This document shows, one piece after another, positions 11,983 to 22,992 of a stretch of DNA of 64,000 nt (within the stretch, counting starts at the first letter, position 1; every line of letters begins with the position of its first letter). The notes beneath the pieces were generated by a model. That model did not search any database. It saw only the letters and a program-made list of their open reading frames with translations, and had not been told where the DNA came from. Both the position numbers and the translations under genes were made by a program. The DNA lies in NCBI GenBank assembly GCA_963849325.1, contig CAWKHF010000009.1, forward strand, positions 288,001 to 352,000. Direction: 5' to 3'. Source of the DNA: an uncultured Planctomycetota bacterium (GTDB taxonomy: Bacteria > Planctomycetota > Planctomycetia > Gemmatales > Gemmataceae).

Positions 11983-12148
11983 CGTCTTCTCCCCGTGCGA
12001 AGAACAGCAAGCAATCGCGGCTTCGTCACTGTAGGCCGCACCGCCGCCGGAGGCAATCGGCTGACCTTTTCTTTGGAGGGAGAGGCGAGGATAATAGAGC
12101 GATTGAGGAGGAATTCCATACCGATTTCACTCCCGATGGAGATAGCCG

Positions 12149-12568
12149 ATGAATGAACCACTCTCCCTTCGTGATGCCTCCGTACAGGACATCCAACTCG
12201 AATTGATTCGCCGCACCCGATTCAATGCGATGCACGGCGAACGAATCGTCGCCAGTCTCCTCCGACATCGCGATTTGTGGCTGGCTGTTCTACTGGATCA
12301 GCCGGGTCTGCCGAACTATGCCGAACCCAGCCTGTTGCTGGCATCCGGTCTGATCAAGCTCCGCGATATGCCGGATAACCTCTGGAACGCCGATACCTTG
12401 TTCATTCTGACCCGAACCGGAGAGCAAGCTCGCCGCCTGGCACGGATCATCGAGGAGGAAGATTGGGTTGGCGATGTAGTTCGCGTTTGCGACAACCAGC
12501 GGGAAATCGACCAGGCGTTGGGGACGGGTCGGCGAGAATATGGATTGGTGACCGTTTGGTGGGATTGA
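12149..12568 (+). CDS. Hypothetical protein (139 aa, ends VWWD)
   Basis: Clean ORF with SD-like GGAG; no family recognised. Confidence 0.65.
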   Translation: MNEPLSLRDASVQDIQLELIRRTRFNAMHGERIVASLLRHRDLWLAVLLDQPGLPNYAEPSLLLASGLIKLRDMPDNLWNADTLFILTRTGEQARRLARIIEEEDWVGDVVRVCDNQREIDQALGTGRREYGLVTVWWD

Positions 12569-12621
12569 ACTCGCATCGCTGGCGATTCAGCGTGTCTATC
12601 TCCCGGAGGCGCTTGTCCTCG

Positions 12622-13107
12622 ATGAACACCGAACAGGCATTACGCGATCATCTGCTTTACCTGCTGCGTGGAGGGGGCGCCCACCTCGACTTCGAGGCGG
12701 CGATTGCCGATTTGCCGGAGGGACTGCGAGGCGCCAAGCCGGCCGGCGCACCGCACACGCCCTGGCGACTGGTGGAGCACATGCGCATCGCCCAGTGGGA
12801 CATCCTGGAGTTCAGCCGCAACCCCAAGCACGTCTCGCCGAAGTTCCCCGACGGCTACTGGCCGCAAGGCGACGCCCCTGCCGATGCGGACGCCTGGGAG
12901 AGGAGCGTTGCCGCCTTCCGCGCCGAGTTGGTGGCGATGCAGGAACTGGCGGCCGACCCCGCGACCGACCTGTTCGCGCCGATCCCGCATGGCGAAGGTC
13001 AGACCATCCTCCGCGAGGCATTGCTCGTCGCCGATCACAACGCCTACCATTTGGGGCAATTGGTGACGATCCGGCGACTGCTCGGGGCGTGGCCGGTTGA
13101 CTCGTAG
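12622..13107 (+). CDS. DinB family protein
   Basis: AH...[19 protein letters not shown]...[13 protein letters not shown] metal-binding His pattern. Confidence 0.9.
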   Translation: MNTEQALRDHLLYLLRGGGAHLDFEAAIADLPEGLRGAKPAGAPHTPWRLVEHMRIAQWDILEFSRNPKHVSPKFPDGYWPQGDAPADADAWERSVAAFRAELVAMQELAADPATDLFAPIPHGEGQTILREALLVADHNAYHLGQLVTIRRLLGAWPVDS

Positions 13108-13402
13108 TCCCTGCGGTTTGACCAGAATGCTTTCCAGGGACAATCGGCTCGCGCTCCGCTGCGCGTCGCGGCTAAACTTTGTTGGATGGTCTCTGACCGC
13201 TCCGGCTGCGATTCCAGACAGGTAGCGCGGTTCGTTCCTGCCCTCACCTACGCTCTCGATCCTCTTGCCGCCCCTCCTCGGAAGTGGCCCGGCTCGATAA
13301 GAAAGTCTTCAGTCACAGCCCAATCCGCCGACAGTTCGCGCGGCGGAAGCCGAACCGCGATGCGACCGCGGGTCACCAGCTGCTTGCCTCAAGGAACCTG
13401 TC

Positions 13403-14767
13403 ATGACGGCGCCGACCTACGAAAAACTGACTCCTCCCAGCCAGGGGACTCGCGTCACCGTGGACTCGAGCGGCCGCTGGAACGTCCCCGACGATCCCAT
13501 TGTCTGCCTGCTGCGCGGCGACGGCATCGGCCGCGACGTCGGCGACGTGCCCGGCATCACCACCTGCGCCGCCCGCGTCCTCGACGCCGCCGTCCAGAAG
13601 GTTTATGGCGGCAAGCGGCGCATCCACTGGTTCGACGTGCAGGCCGGCGACGCCGCCCGTGAACGCTATCATCCCCAGGTCAAGGACGAGCAAGTGGCCT
13701 CGCTCAGCGAGGAGCAGCAGCGCCAGCTCTACCTGCCCGACGACACCCTCAAGGCGTTCGAGTATTACAGTCTCGGACTCAAAGGGCCGCTCACCACCCC
13801 TATCGGCGGCGGCTTTCGCAGCATCAACGTCTACCTGCGCATGCGTTTCGACCTGTATGCCTGCGTCCGGCCGGTGCGCTATTTCAAGGGCGTCGAGGCG
13901 CCCAACAAACGCGCCAACAAGGTGGACATGGTCATCTTCCGCGAGAACACCGAAGACGTGTACTGCGGCATCGAGTTCAAGAGCGGCAGCGATAAGGCCA
14001 AGCGCCTCATCGATCTGCTCAAGGAAATGGGGTATTCCAACGTGCTGCCCAGCTCGGGCATCGGCATCAAGCCGATGAGTCCCGAAGGGAGCAAGCGCCT
14101 CATCCGCATGGCGATCCGCTTTGCCATCGACAAGAAGCTGCCCAGCGTGACCCTCATGCACAAGGGCAACATCATGAAGTTCACCGAGGGCGCTTTCAAG
14201 GATTGGGGCTACGAGCTGGCCCGGCAGGAGTTCTCTCAACAGACAATCAGCGAGGACGAGGTTTCCAAGGGCGGCGACGCGAAGGGGAAGGTAGTCATCA
14301 AGGACCGTATCGCCGACAGCATGTTTCAGCAGGTCCAGCTGCGGCCCGACGAGTACAGCGTCATCGCCACGCCGAACCTCAACGGCGATTACCTATCCGA
14401 CGCGGCCGCGGCCATGGTCGGCGGTATCGGCTTGGCGGCGGGGGCGAACATCGGTGACCGGGCGGCGATGTTCGAGGCCACGCACGGCACGGCCCCGAAG
14501 TACACCGGCAAGAACATGGCCAACCCTGGAGCCGTCCTCTTGTCGGGAGTGCTGCTTCTGGAACACCTGGGATGGAGCGAGGCGGCCCAGTTTGTGAATC
14601 GGGCTGTCGAGGCGACGTTCGCGGAGAGCGAGGAGATCGCCCAGAAGGGGCCGGGCGGCAAACTATTCGTGACTTACGACATCGCCCGGCAGTTCCCCGG
14701 CTACGGCGAAAAGGCCGGCGTGCCCAGTTCGATCTTTACCGACCGCATCATCCACCACCTGCATTAA
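13403..14767 (+). CDS. icd: NADP-dependent isocitrate dehydrogenase
   Basis: GDGIG, KGPLTTPIGGGFRSINV, FRENTED, HKGNIMKFTEGAF, NLNGDYLSD, FEATHGTAPKY. Confidence 0.97.
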   Translation: MTAPTYEKLTPPSQGTRVTVDSSGRWNVPDDPIVCLLRGDGIGRDVGDVPGITTCAARVLDAAVQKVYGGKRRIHWFDVQAGDAARERYHPQVKDEQVASLSEEQQRQLYLPDDTLKAFEYYSLGLKGPLTTPIGGGFRSINVYLRMRFDLYACVRPVRYFKGVEAPNKRANKVDMVIFRENTEDVYCGIEFKSGSDKAKRLIDLLKEMGYSNVLPSSGIGIKPMSPEGSKRLIRMAIRFAIDKKLPSVTLMHKGNIMKFTEGAFKDWGYELARQEFSQQTISEDEVSKGGDAKGKVVIKDRIADSMFQQVQLRPDEYSVIATPNLNGDYLSDAAAAMVGGIGLAAGANIGDRAAMFEATHGTAPKYTGKNMANPGAVLLSGVLLLEHLGWSEAAQFVNRAVEATFAESEEIAQKGPGGKLFVTYDIARQFPGYGEKAGVPSSIFTDRIIHHLH

Positions 14768-14768
14768 T

Positions 14769-14846
14769 TAGGGACTAGGGACAGGGTAGGGAATAGGTTT
14801 CTTCTCTGGATCCTATTCCCTATTCCCTATTCCCTATTCCCTATTC
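14769..14846. repeat. Heptamer tandem repeat (CCTATTC)x5 with a degenerate inverted arm
   Basis: Read directly; lies between convergent genes. Confidence 0.8.
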
Positions 14847-17221
14847 AATTTTGCGGGGGTGGGATTTTGCTCACCTGAGTCAACCAGTCTTGCCACTGTT
14901 GCTTATCCTGATCGGTCAGACCCTCGACCGTGTTCACCAGGGCGCGGAATCTGCTCGGTCTGGCGGCGCAGCTTGTCGAAGTCGCCCAGGCTGCCGAAGC
15001 ATTGGACCGTACCGCTCAGGGCCCAAATGGCTTCCGGACGGTTGCCCCACCTTTTCGCCAGCTCCTCATATTTCTTCAAGGCTTTGTCGTACTCGCCGAG
15101 GTTGAAGCGGCACTGCGCCACGATGAAGGGAACCTCCCGACGTTGCTTGTCGGTCAGCAGAGACGACAGCTCCGGGTCGTCGATTAACTCTTCCAGTTTG
15201 GCGAACTCCTCGGCGGCGCGGTTCATGGCTCGCTGGTTCTGTTCCAGGAAATGCTGGTGGGCGTCGGGGCTGATCGGGCCGCTCATGAAACGGTTGACCG
15301 TCCGCTGGGCGGCCAACTGGCGATACGAGTCGGCCAGTTGGAACCGCGCCCGCACCGCCTCCGGCGAAAGGGGGAAACGGTCGATGGTCCCCTCCAATTT
15401 CTCGACGACGTGGCGAAAATTTTGCGGCATCTTCGAGCCGCCATGGTACAGCAGCGAGCACAGGGCCAACCGCGATTTGTCTTGCGCCTCCTGATCCGGC
15501 TCGTGGTGCTCGATTTTGAGGTTCTGTTCCAGTTCCTGGGCGGCTTGATCGATGCGGCCCGCTTCCATGTCGATCATGGCCAGTTGGTAGCGGGCGCGAC
15601 AGGTGAAGCGGGCGTTGTTGGCCAGGCAGTTTTTGTAGGCGGCTTCGGCCGCGTCCACACGGCGGAGGTTGCGCTGGCTCTCGCCGAGCAAATACCAGCC
15701 CTCGCCCTGCCGATCGACGTTGTCCATGTCCTTTTCCAGGAGCTTCGTGAGCTTCTCGACGGCGCGAGCGTAATCCTGGCCGTCGTAGGAACAGACGGCG
15801 CTGAGCCAGAGATGTTCGTCCTTGTCGGCCGATCGGGCGGCCTCATCGTGGGCCTCCGCGGCCTGGCGGAACAACTCGCAAGCGGTGGCCTCTTCCTTCT
15901 TGCGCGTGGCGGCGTCGCGGGATTGCTTCGCCTTGTCGCGGCGGGAGCGCGCCCACTCGGAACTGAGGTCCGCTCGCAAGATTTGCGCCTGGGGTGCGAC
16001 GGCCACGCGCTCGTACAATTCGGCGGCTTGCACGGCCCGATCGAAGCGATGGGCCTGGCGAAACGTCTGCACGGCCCGCTCGAACAGGTCGCGCACGCGC
16101 GACAAATCCATGAATTCATTCTTCCAGTCGTCGGCCTTGCGGACCTTGGCCACGGACTCGGCCAACATTTCAATGGCCTTGTCCGAGTTGGCCTCATGCA
16201 AGCGCAGCTCGGCCAGGGCCAAGGCCGCGGCTTGCGCCTCGGGGCCATGCGTGCGCCGCAGACAGTCCGTCCACGCCTCGGCGGCCCGGTCGGACTGGTC
16301 GAGATGACCGTAGCAAACGCCAAGGTTGTACAGCACGCCGCCCAACTCCGTCGGTTGGACGTGCTTGTCGTTGAGCACCGTCTTCCACAGCTCCGCCGCC
16401 GCCGGCCACTTCTGTTCTTCCTGGTACAGAGTGGCCAGCAGCCGGCGCGACTCGGCGAGGACGGCCGACGGGGCCTGCTCGCTGATCTTCTCCAACGTCT
16501 TGCGGGCGTCCTCCCGTTGACCCAGGCGAAGGAGCAGCTTGGCGCCGGCCAGCTTGGCTGGGCCGAGGACGTCCTCGCCGATCTGCGGCACCTTCTCGCG
16601 CAGCTCCATGTTGGTCTTCAGGGCTTCCTTGACGTTCGGTGGATTGAGGCGCAAGTAGGCCTGGCAGAGCATGGACAGCGCCTCGGCGCGTTCGTCGGCC
16701 TGGTCCTTGTTCGCCTTGAGTAGCGCGATCACGCGGTTGGGGTCGTCGTTGGTGTGGAAGCCGACCTTGGCGAGAAGGTAGTGCAGACGGCCGGCGTCGT
16801 CGCCGGAGAGGTTGAGGCGATCCGCTTCTTCCAGGCAGCGGCGCGCCTCGCGCCAGTGCTCGCCGTCGTCTGCCTCGTTGGTGGCGTCGGCGATACGGAC
16901 GTGCGCCGAACCGAGAAGGAAGAACGCTTCGGCGGACCGATCCGGATCGTACCCGAGATCCTCGACAGCCTGCTGCGCGTGCGTCCGGGCGCCCTCGGGG
17001 TCGCCCCCGTGACGGTGCAGGAGGCGACGCGCCTCGGCGAGGTCGTGGTGCAGGTGGCGCACCGGATCGGGTTTGACGTATCCGCGAGCCAGGCAGACCG
17101 TGATCAGGGCCACGACGCCCACGAAGAACACGGGCACCTGCCACAACAGCCGCAGGGAGGAGCCGGCCGGCCGGTCTTCCTCCGGCTTGGCGGACGCTCC
17201 GGGAGCGGAAATCACGTCCAT
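14845..17221 (-). CDS. Membrane-anchored TPR-repeat protein (probable C-terminal frameshift near 14945)
   Basis: N-terminal TM helix (LWQVPVFFVGVVALI) and many TPR-like helical repeats. Confidence 0.8.
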
Positions 17222-17422
17222 GAGTTTGTCCCGCCTGTCGGTCCTCGACTGCCGCCCCTCGCCTCTTGCCTGGGACCGAGAGCGAGGGACGCACGGCATC
17301 CATGCCGTGGCGGGGGCTTTTGACAAATTCAAGGAAGATTGTCAAGGGCAATGGCGAGCCGCTTGCGGCTTCGCGCGGGCCGTGGTCTACGCGAAGTCGC
17401 AAGCGGCTTGGGGAAGAGTTCC

Positions 17423-18160
17423 TCACTTCGTCGGCGTCCGCGGCGTCCCCAGCGCAGGCTCGGCCTGCTCCGCCAAGGTGGTCACCGAATCCATGCGGCG
17501 ATGGTCGTAAGGGTCGGGCAGAGTCAACTTGAGGAAGGGAGCTTTCGTTGTCCGTGCGGGGATGGGAGCCGCCACGGCCGCCGCGGTGGAGGCTTCCGCC
17601 GTCGGGTCGTCCAGGGAGGCGCGGTCGGACACGGGCTGCGCCTGGATCGGCAGGGGGATAGGTTCATTCACATTGGCCGAAGGCACACGCACCCGGCCCG
17701 TATCCGGCAGGGACGGGGGCTGCGGAAAAAGGGGCGTTTCCAGCAAGCCGCCCAGTGTCTCCTCGATCACCAGTCGGGGCAGGAGGGGTGTTGTCTTCAC
17801 CGGCCTGGGCAGGCGCGGCATGGCGGTCGGGGTCGTGGGCAGCGGCAGGGCAGGGGAGGTCCATCTCGCCGACGCGGCGGAGCGCCGAGGCGGTTCGGCG
17901 CGCTCCAAGGGGGGTGCTTCCGTTTCCTTCGGCGGCAATACCTTCGCCAGCAGATCACCGCCGGCATCCTCGGGGAAGGCGAAGCGGACGTCCTCCGTCT
18001 CGCCATCCTGTCTGGGTACCACCTGCCGCGCCGCGGCCGGTTCGTCCGCACGCGAGGCGTTTTCCGGGGCCACCACGACGGCCGAGCGACTGCAACCGGC
18101 CAGGGCCAGCAACAGTCCGCCAACGCACATTTTCCGGAGCGGAGCAGGGCAGGGGAGCAT
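17423..18160 (-). CDS. Pro-rich putative lipoprotein
   Basis: LLLALAGC lipobox; co-oriented within the operon. Confidence 0.7.
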   Translation of the reverse strand: MLPCPAPLRKMCVGGLLLALAGCSRSAVVVAPENASRADEPAAARQVVPRQDGETEDVRFAFPEDAGGDLLAKVLPPKETEAPPLERAEPPRRSAASARWTSPALPLPTTPTAMPRLPRPVKTTPLLPRLVIEETLGGLLETPLFPQPPSLPDTGRVRVPSANVNEPIPLPIQAQPVSDRASLDDPTAEASTAAAVAAPIPARTTKAPFLKLTLPDPYDHRRMDSVTTLAEQAEPALGTPRTPTK

Positions 18161-18208
18161 GGTTGGTTCTCTCCGGTCGGACGAGCGCGAAATCGCGCGT
18201 CGCTCCGG

Positions 18209-18895
18209 TCATTTGGCCGGGACTTCGAGGATCAGTTTCACCGCCGTGCCTTCCTTCGGCAGCAGCTTCTTGTTGGTTTCCAGCTTGACGTACTTCTCTT
18301 CTTTCATGGTCAAATTCGTCTGAAATACCGTCTCGTTGGTGACGGGAAAAATCGAGATCAGCGTGCCGGTCAAATCGGCACCGTAGACTTTCTCGTCCTT
18401 GTCGGGATTGGGTTGCTTGAGGGCGGAGCCGGTGAAGCGCCACTGCACTTTCGGCATCGGTTTGTTCGTCTTGGGATCGAGCAGCACTTTTTCGATCGGC
18501 AGACGTTTGGGTTGGCCGTCCGCGCCGGGAACTTCGAGGAACACCTTTATCTCGGGGCCTTGCGGCGCTTCCTTACTTTCGCCCATGACAGGCTTACCCG
18601 GCTTGAGGCCGAGGCTTTCCAGGGCGTTGTGGACCGCGCTCGGTTTGACGTCGATGGTCACGACCGTCTCGTGCGCCTTCTGCCCCTTGGGGAAGGCCCA
18701 GCACGCGATGACCTCGATCGGATAGATCTCCTTGTAGCGGGGATCATCGATCTTACGCGGGGCAATCTGGGCCTCGACGGTTACGGTGCGCTTGTCTTTG
18801 TCCACGGCGATGCCGGCCGGCTCGGCAGCGAGGGCGGAGGCGCATACCGCAGACAGAAGAATCAAGCCGGCGAGGCGGAGGCATGGGGAGGTCAT
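18209..18895 (-). CDS. Exported protein, YdjY-like domain
   Basis: Signal peptide; IEVIAC...KAHETVV...HNALESLGLKPG...WRFTGS pattern. Confidence 0.65.
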   Translation of the reverse strand: MTSPCLRLAGLILLSAVCASALAAEPAGIAVDKDKRTVTVEAQIAPRKIDDPRYKEIYPIEVIACWAFPKGQKAHETVVTIDVKPSAVHNALESLGLKPGKPVMGESKEAPQGPEIKVFLEVPGADGQPKRLPIEKVLLDPKTNKPMPKVQWRFTGSALKQPNPDKDEKVYGADLTGTLISIFPVTNETVFQTNLTMKEEKYVKLETNKKLLPKEGTAVKLILEVPAK

Positions 18896-18912
18896 GGCGT
18901 ATTCCTGTGATC

Positions 18913-20350
18913 TTATTTGTCTCCGATACACACAACGACGGTAGGCTGCCGAGCATGGGAGCCTTCGAGGTTGCAGGTGGCGACGAAGAGCCGGCCGCCC
19001 CGCAAGACCGGGCCGCCATAAACCATTCCCGGCGCCTTCACGGGGTCGGCACCGAGGTCGAGCTTCCACTTCGCCGAGCCGTCGGCCAGGTTGATGGCGT
19101 GGACCACTCCGCGCAGGTCGCCGGCGTAGGCGACCCCGGCCGACACGGCGACCGGAGCGAAGAAAGGCGTTCGGGCGTCGTAGATCCAGCGCCGCTCGCC
19201 GGTCTGTAAATCGAAGGCTCGCACCTTGCCGTCCGTGGCCGTGGCAAGGGCAAGGTCCTTCGTCAGAGCGGCGCACGAGACGACGCCGGCCGGCACTTCC
19301 TTCTTCCACTTCTCCTTGCCGTCGGCGAGGCGATAGGCGGCGACAACACCCTTGGCGCCCTTGAGCATCTTGGTGGCGTAACCGATGCTACTGCCGCTGA
19401 CGACGACGAGATCACCCGACAGCGAAGGACCGCCCCAGGGATTGACCGCCAACGGCGTGCGCCAGACGATCGTCGCCAGTCCTGGCATCGAGACAGACGA
19501 GCGCTCGGTCGCCGACCTTTTCCTTGTCGAGAAAGGCGGAGGCGGCCAGTACGCGGTCGCCGGCCACCGCGACGGGTGCATCGACGTGCCATTTCCCCTC
19601 GCCCTGCTGCCACAGGCGTACCGACGACGGTTTCGGCAGATCGTCCTCGCTCGGGGGAACCGCCAGCATCGGATCTTTCTTCTTGTCCTCCTCGTACCGG
19701 GCCTGCAATTCCGCCCGTTTCTTGTCCAGTATCTTCTGGATGGAGGGCAGATCCATTTCCTTGCCGTCGAGGGTGACGCGGTTGGCGTCCACGCACAGGA
19801 CGCCGGCGGCCCCGGCGCCGACATAGACGCGACTACCGGCGAGGGTCGGCGAGCCTTCCAGATGCACCAGCGTTCCGGGCAGGGGGAACTGCCATAGCAT
19901 CTGCCCCTTGTCCAGACGCAAGCAGTGAAGAATAGCGCCATCGGTCTGGTGCATGCCATCGCCGAAGATGAGCTTGCCATCGTGGACGGCCGGCGAGCTG
20001 ACGGCCGGCAGCTTCAGGTATGGCGTGCCCTTGGTCCAGGCGACGCGCTGGGACGCCTTGGGATCGACGTTCAGACAGGTGAGCGTCGGCACGTTGAAAC
20101 CGCCGAGTCCGGAGACGAAAAGACGATCGTTGTACACAACCGGCGCGGCAACGAAGTGATCGGGCGATTTCCAGCTCCACAATACCTTCGGCGCCGCTGG
20201 TCCGGCGAGGCCGTCGCTGCCCGTGCGCTGAGGATTGCCCCGGTAAGTTGCCTCCGGTTCGGCGGCGCGGACATTCACCACAAAGGCACAAAGAACACAA
20301 AGGCAGATCACACCGGCCAGATAAGGAGACTTCGCAGCTCGCATTTCCAA
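18913..20350 (-). CDS. PQQ-like/BamB-type beta-propeller repeat protein (frameshift near 19475)
   Basis: YRGNPQRTG and repeated SSP...G..G.v.a.d..tG...W blades. Confidence 0.85.
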
Positions 20351-20388
20351 TCCTTTATTCTCTTTGTGTCCTTTGTGCCTTTGTGGTG
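20276..20388. repeat. Inverted nonamer tandem repeat (CACAAAGRR)n...(YYCTTTGTG)n
   Basis: Read directly; one arm lies inside the signal-peptide codons of the propeller gene. Confidence 0.8.
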
Positions 20389-20394
20389 ATTGAG

Positions 20395-22899
20395 TTATTC
20401 GGCCTTCGGCGTTTGTTCGTCGAGGACGCCGAGCACGTGGGTAGTGGCTACCTGGATGTTCCGGGCGCGGCGCTCGCCGCTACTGTAGTGGACCTCGACG
20501 CGATACGTGCCGGGCGTCAAGGCGAATCGCGCCGCCGGGGCGGCCTGTCCGCCGCGGCCATCGCCGCCGGAGACGAAGTACGTCCCTTGCAGCTTGCCAG
20601 CCCGGTCCAGCACTTTCACGCGGCTGCCGATGACACCGGACTTGCCCTTCACCTGCAACGTCACCGGCGTCCGCTTGACCGCGAACTCGGGATTGCCCAG
20701 CAGCACACACGACTCCTGACCCTCGTTGTTGAAGACAACGTCGAGCACGCCGTCGTTGTTGAAGTCCACCAAGCCGACCGCTTGCGTGTTGAAGATACGC
20801 TGGCCGAGGCCGAGCGCGTCGGTAGCGTCCTCAAAGGTGCCGTCGCCCTTGTTGCGGAAGAACCGATTGGGACCGCGCAGACAACCGACGATCAGATCGA
20901 GATGACCGTCATTGTCCACGTCACCCCAGGCGGCGGAGGTGCTGCCCGTGGACAGTTTCAGGCCGGTCCTGTCCGTCACGTCGGTGAATCGGCCGTCGCC
21001 ATCGTTGTGGAACAGCTTGCAGCCGTCGGGTTGGGGAACGAAAAGATCGGGCCGGCCATCGTTGTCGTAATCGCCGAACACGGGGCCGGCCTTGCCCGTG
21101 CGGTACGCAATGCCGGAATCCCTGGACTCGACGAACCCCTTCGTCGTGTTGAGCGCCAGCAGGCCGGAGCCGGACCCATAGAGGAAATCCGGCCGGCCAT
21201 CGCCGTTGACGTCGCAGACAGTCAGCGTGTCGCCCTTGACCGTACTGCCAAGTCCTTGCGGGCCGAGTCCCACTTCCTCGGAGACATCGGCGAAGCTCCA
21301 GAAGACAGCCTGTGGGACGGCGCCGGCCGTCCGGAAATAGAAAGCCCATTCGCCGGAACCCTGGCCGATCTTCAAGAGCAGGTTGTTCTTGCCGGCTTTC
21401 AACTTCAAGACGGCGTGGTTCTGGTCCGGGGCACACGCACGAGCGACGTTCTCGGAGAGGAGCCTTTCGCCGTTGAGCCACACCGTCAGACTGTCATCGC
21501 TGCCGAGCGAGACGGGCAGTTCCATCGCGCGGGCACACTCGATTTCGCGCTGCAGATAGACGATGGCATCGACGTTGTTGTTGGGGCGGAAGAGGGCGAG
21601 ATTGTTAACCTGACCGTCGGTGAACTTGCCCTCGCGCCAGACGGCTTCCTCGCCATTTTTGCCGCCGTACTTGCGGGTCCGGTTGATTTCCCTCTCGGGC
21701 GGATAGACGGTGTTGAAGCCTTTTCCATTGGGGTTGGGGAAGGGACCGATGTACGACCACTTGCCCAGGCGAAGCGGGGCAGCGCCGGGATCGAGCGGCC
21801 CCCTGTTGCGATACAGGCGCAGACCGTGGAAGCCATTGCCCAGGAGCAGATCGGGCCGGCCGTCGCCGTCGTAGTCGAGCCAAGCCGCGGCCGTCAGGTT
21901 GTAAGCGGGTTCGGGCGGCAACAAATGGCTGTCCTCGCGGAAGGTGCCGCCGAGGTTGGTGTACAGCTTCGGGCCGGCCGGGGTGGCCAACAGCAGGTCG
22001 GGTTTGCCGTCGCCGTTGTAATCGGCCCAGACGGCGGCGCGGCAGCCGGTCGCGCCGGGCAGGCTGACCTCGCTGAGCGATTCACCGCCATTTTGCATCA
22101 GGGCGACGCGGCCGGCGCCGACCAGGCACAGGTCGGCCTTGCCGTCGCCGTTGACGTCCACGCTGGAGATGGCCTGGGCATCGGGATCGACACGGGCGAT
22201 GGCCGAGTAGTGGCTGAAACCCGGCATCCCTTGCAAACGCCGGAAGTCCTCGCCGCCCCAGCCGACGAAATCGCGCTTGGGATTGTAATCGAGCTTCAAG
22301 CTGGCCTTGAGGCGCTGAATACGAGCGCGGCGCAGGTGTAGGTCGTCCTTGTTGCCGTCCACCATGCACGGCACGACGATCTCGCGGCCGGCCACGATGT
22401 CGGTGACGGCCGCCGCCAACTTCTCGACGTTGCCGGCGTAGCTGCGCAGCAGATACGGCTCGCCGTGGCTGAGGTTCCACCACTCGCCGCCGGCGTAGGC
22501 CTGATACCAGTAGGTGCCCAGGCACGTCTCGCTGGCGCCGCCGTTGTGGAAGAACACCGCCGTCTTGCCGACCTCCGCCCAGTCCATGGTGTACTGCCAT
22601 TCGCGCGGGTTGAAGCCGCCGCGGCCGATGTTGTGACGGATGATGTCGGTCGGGTGCTTGCCTTTCAGATCGCGCACCTTGCGATAGACGATCAGGTTCT
22701 TCGTCTTATCGACCTGCTCGACGCGCAGGACCATGATGTGGCTGGACAGGGCGATCACCTGTCCGAGACTGTGCGGCGCCTCGACATAAGCCTGCGCCGA
22801 ACGATCCTGGCAGATGAACAGCACACTACCCAGGAGGAGAACGGACAGGCAGCAGAGAAATCGTCGGAGGTCGAACATGAATTGTATCCTCCGTTGCAC
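20395..22899 (-). CDS. Secreted FG-GAP/VCBS repeat protein with an inserted PA14-like beta-sandwich
   Basis: Many DxNxDGxPDL Ca-binding loops; GSDDSLTVWLNG...LKAGKNNLLLKI insert. Confidence 0.85.
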   Translation of the reverse strand: MQRRIQFMFDLRRFLCCLSVLLLGSVLFICQDRSAQAYVEAPHSLGQVIALSSHIMVLRVEQVDKTKNLIVYRKVRDLKGKHPTDIIRHNIGRGGFNPREWQYTMDWAEVGKTAVFFHNGGASETCLGTYWYQAYAGGEWWNLSHGEPYLLRSYAGNVEKLAAAVTDIVAGREIVVPCMVDGNKDDLHLRRARIQRLKASLKLDYNPKRDFVGWGGEDFRRLQGMPGFSHYSAIARVDPDAQAISSVDVNGDGKADLCLVGAGRVALMQNGGESLSEVSLPGATGCRAAVWADYNGDGKPDLLLATPAGPKLYTNLGGTFREDSHLLPPEPAYNLTAAAWLDYDGDGRPDLLLGNGFHGLRLYRNRGPLDPGAAPLRLGKWSYIGPFPNPNGKGFNTVYPPEREINRTRKYGGKNGEEAVWREGKFTDGQVNNLALFRPNNNVDAIVYLQREIECARAMELPVSLGSDDSLTVWLNGERLLSENVARACAPDQNHAVLKLKAGKNNLLLKIGQGSGEWAFYFRTAGAVPQAVFWSFADVSEEVGLGPQGLGSTVKGDTLTVCDVNGDGRPDFLYGSGSGLLALNTTKGFVESRDSGIAYRTGKAGPVFGDYDNDGRPDLFVPQPDGCKLFHNDGDGRFTDVTDRTGLKLSTGSTSAAWGDVDNDGHLDLIVGCLRGPNRFFRNKGDGTFEDATDALGLGQRIFNTQAVGLVDFNNDGVLDVVFNNEGQESCVLLGNPEFAVKRTPVTLQVKGKSGVIGSRVKVLDRAGKLQGTYFVSGGDGRGGQAAPAARFALTPGTYRVEVHYSSGERRARNIQVATTHVLGVLDEQTPKAE

Positions 22900-22924
22900 T
22901 CGTGAACGAGACCCTAACTTTTTG

Positions 22925-22987
22925 CCTACAAGCCCGGAGGCGCTAGCGACGGGTACAGACTCGTCGCTGGCGCTCCGGGCTTGTGGG
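22925..22987. repeat. REP-like palindrome (ACAAGCCCGGAGGCGCTAGCGA...TCGCTGGCGCTCCGGGCTTGT)
   Basis: Intergenic inverted repeat. Confidence 0.75.
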
Positions 22988-22992
22988 GCATT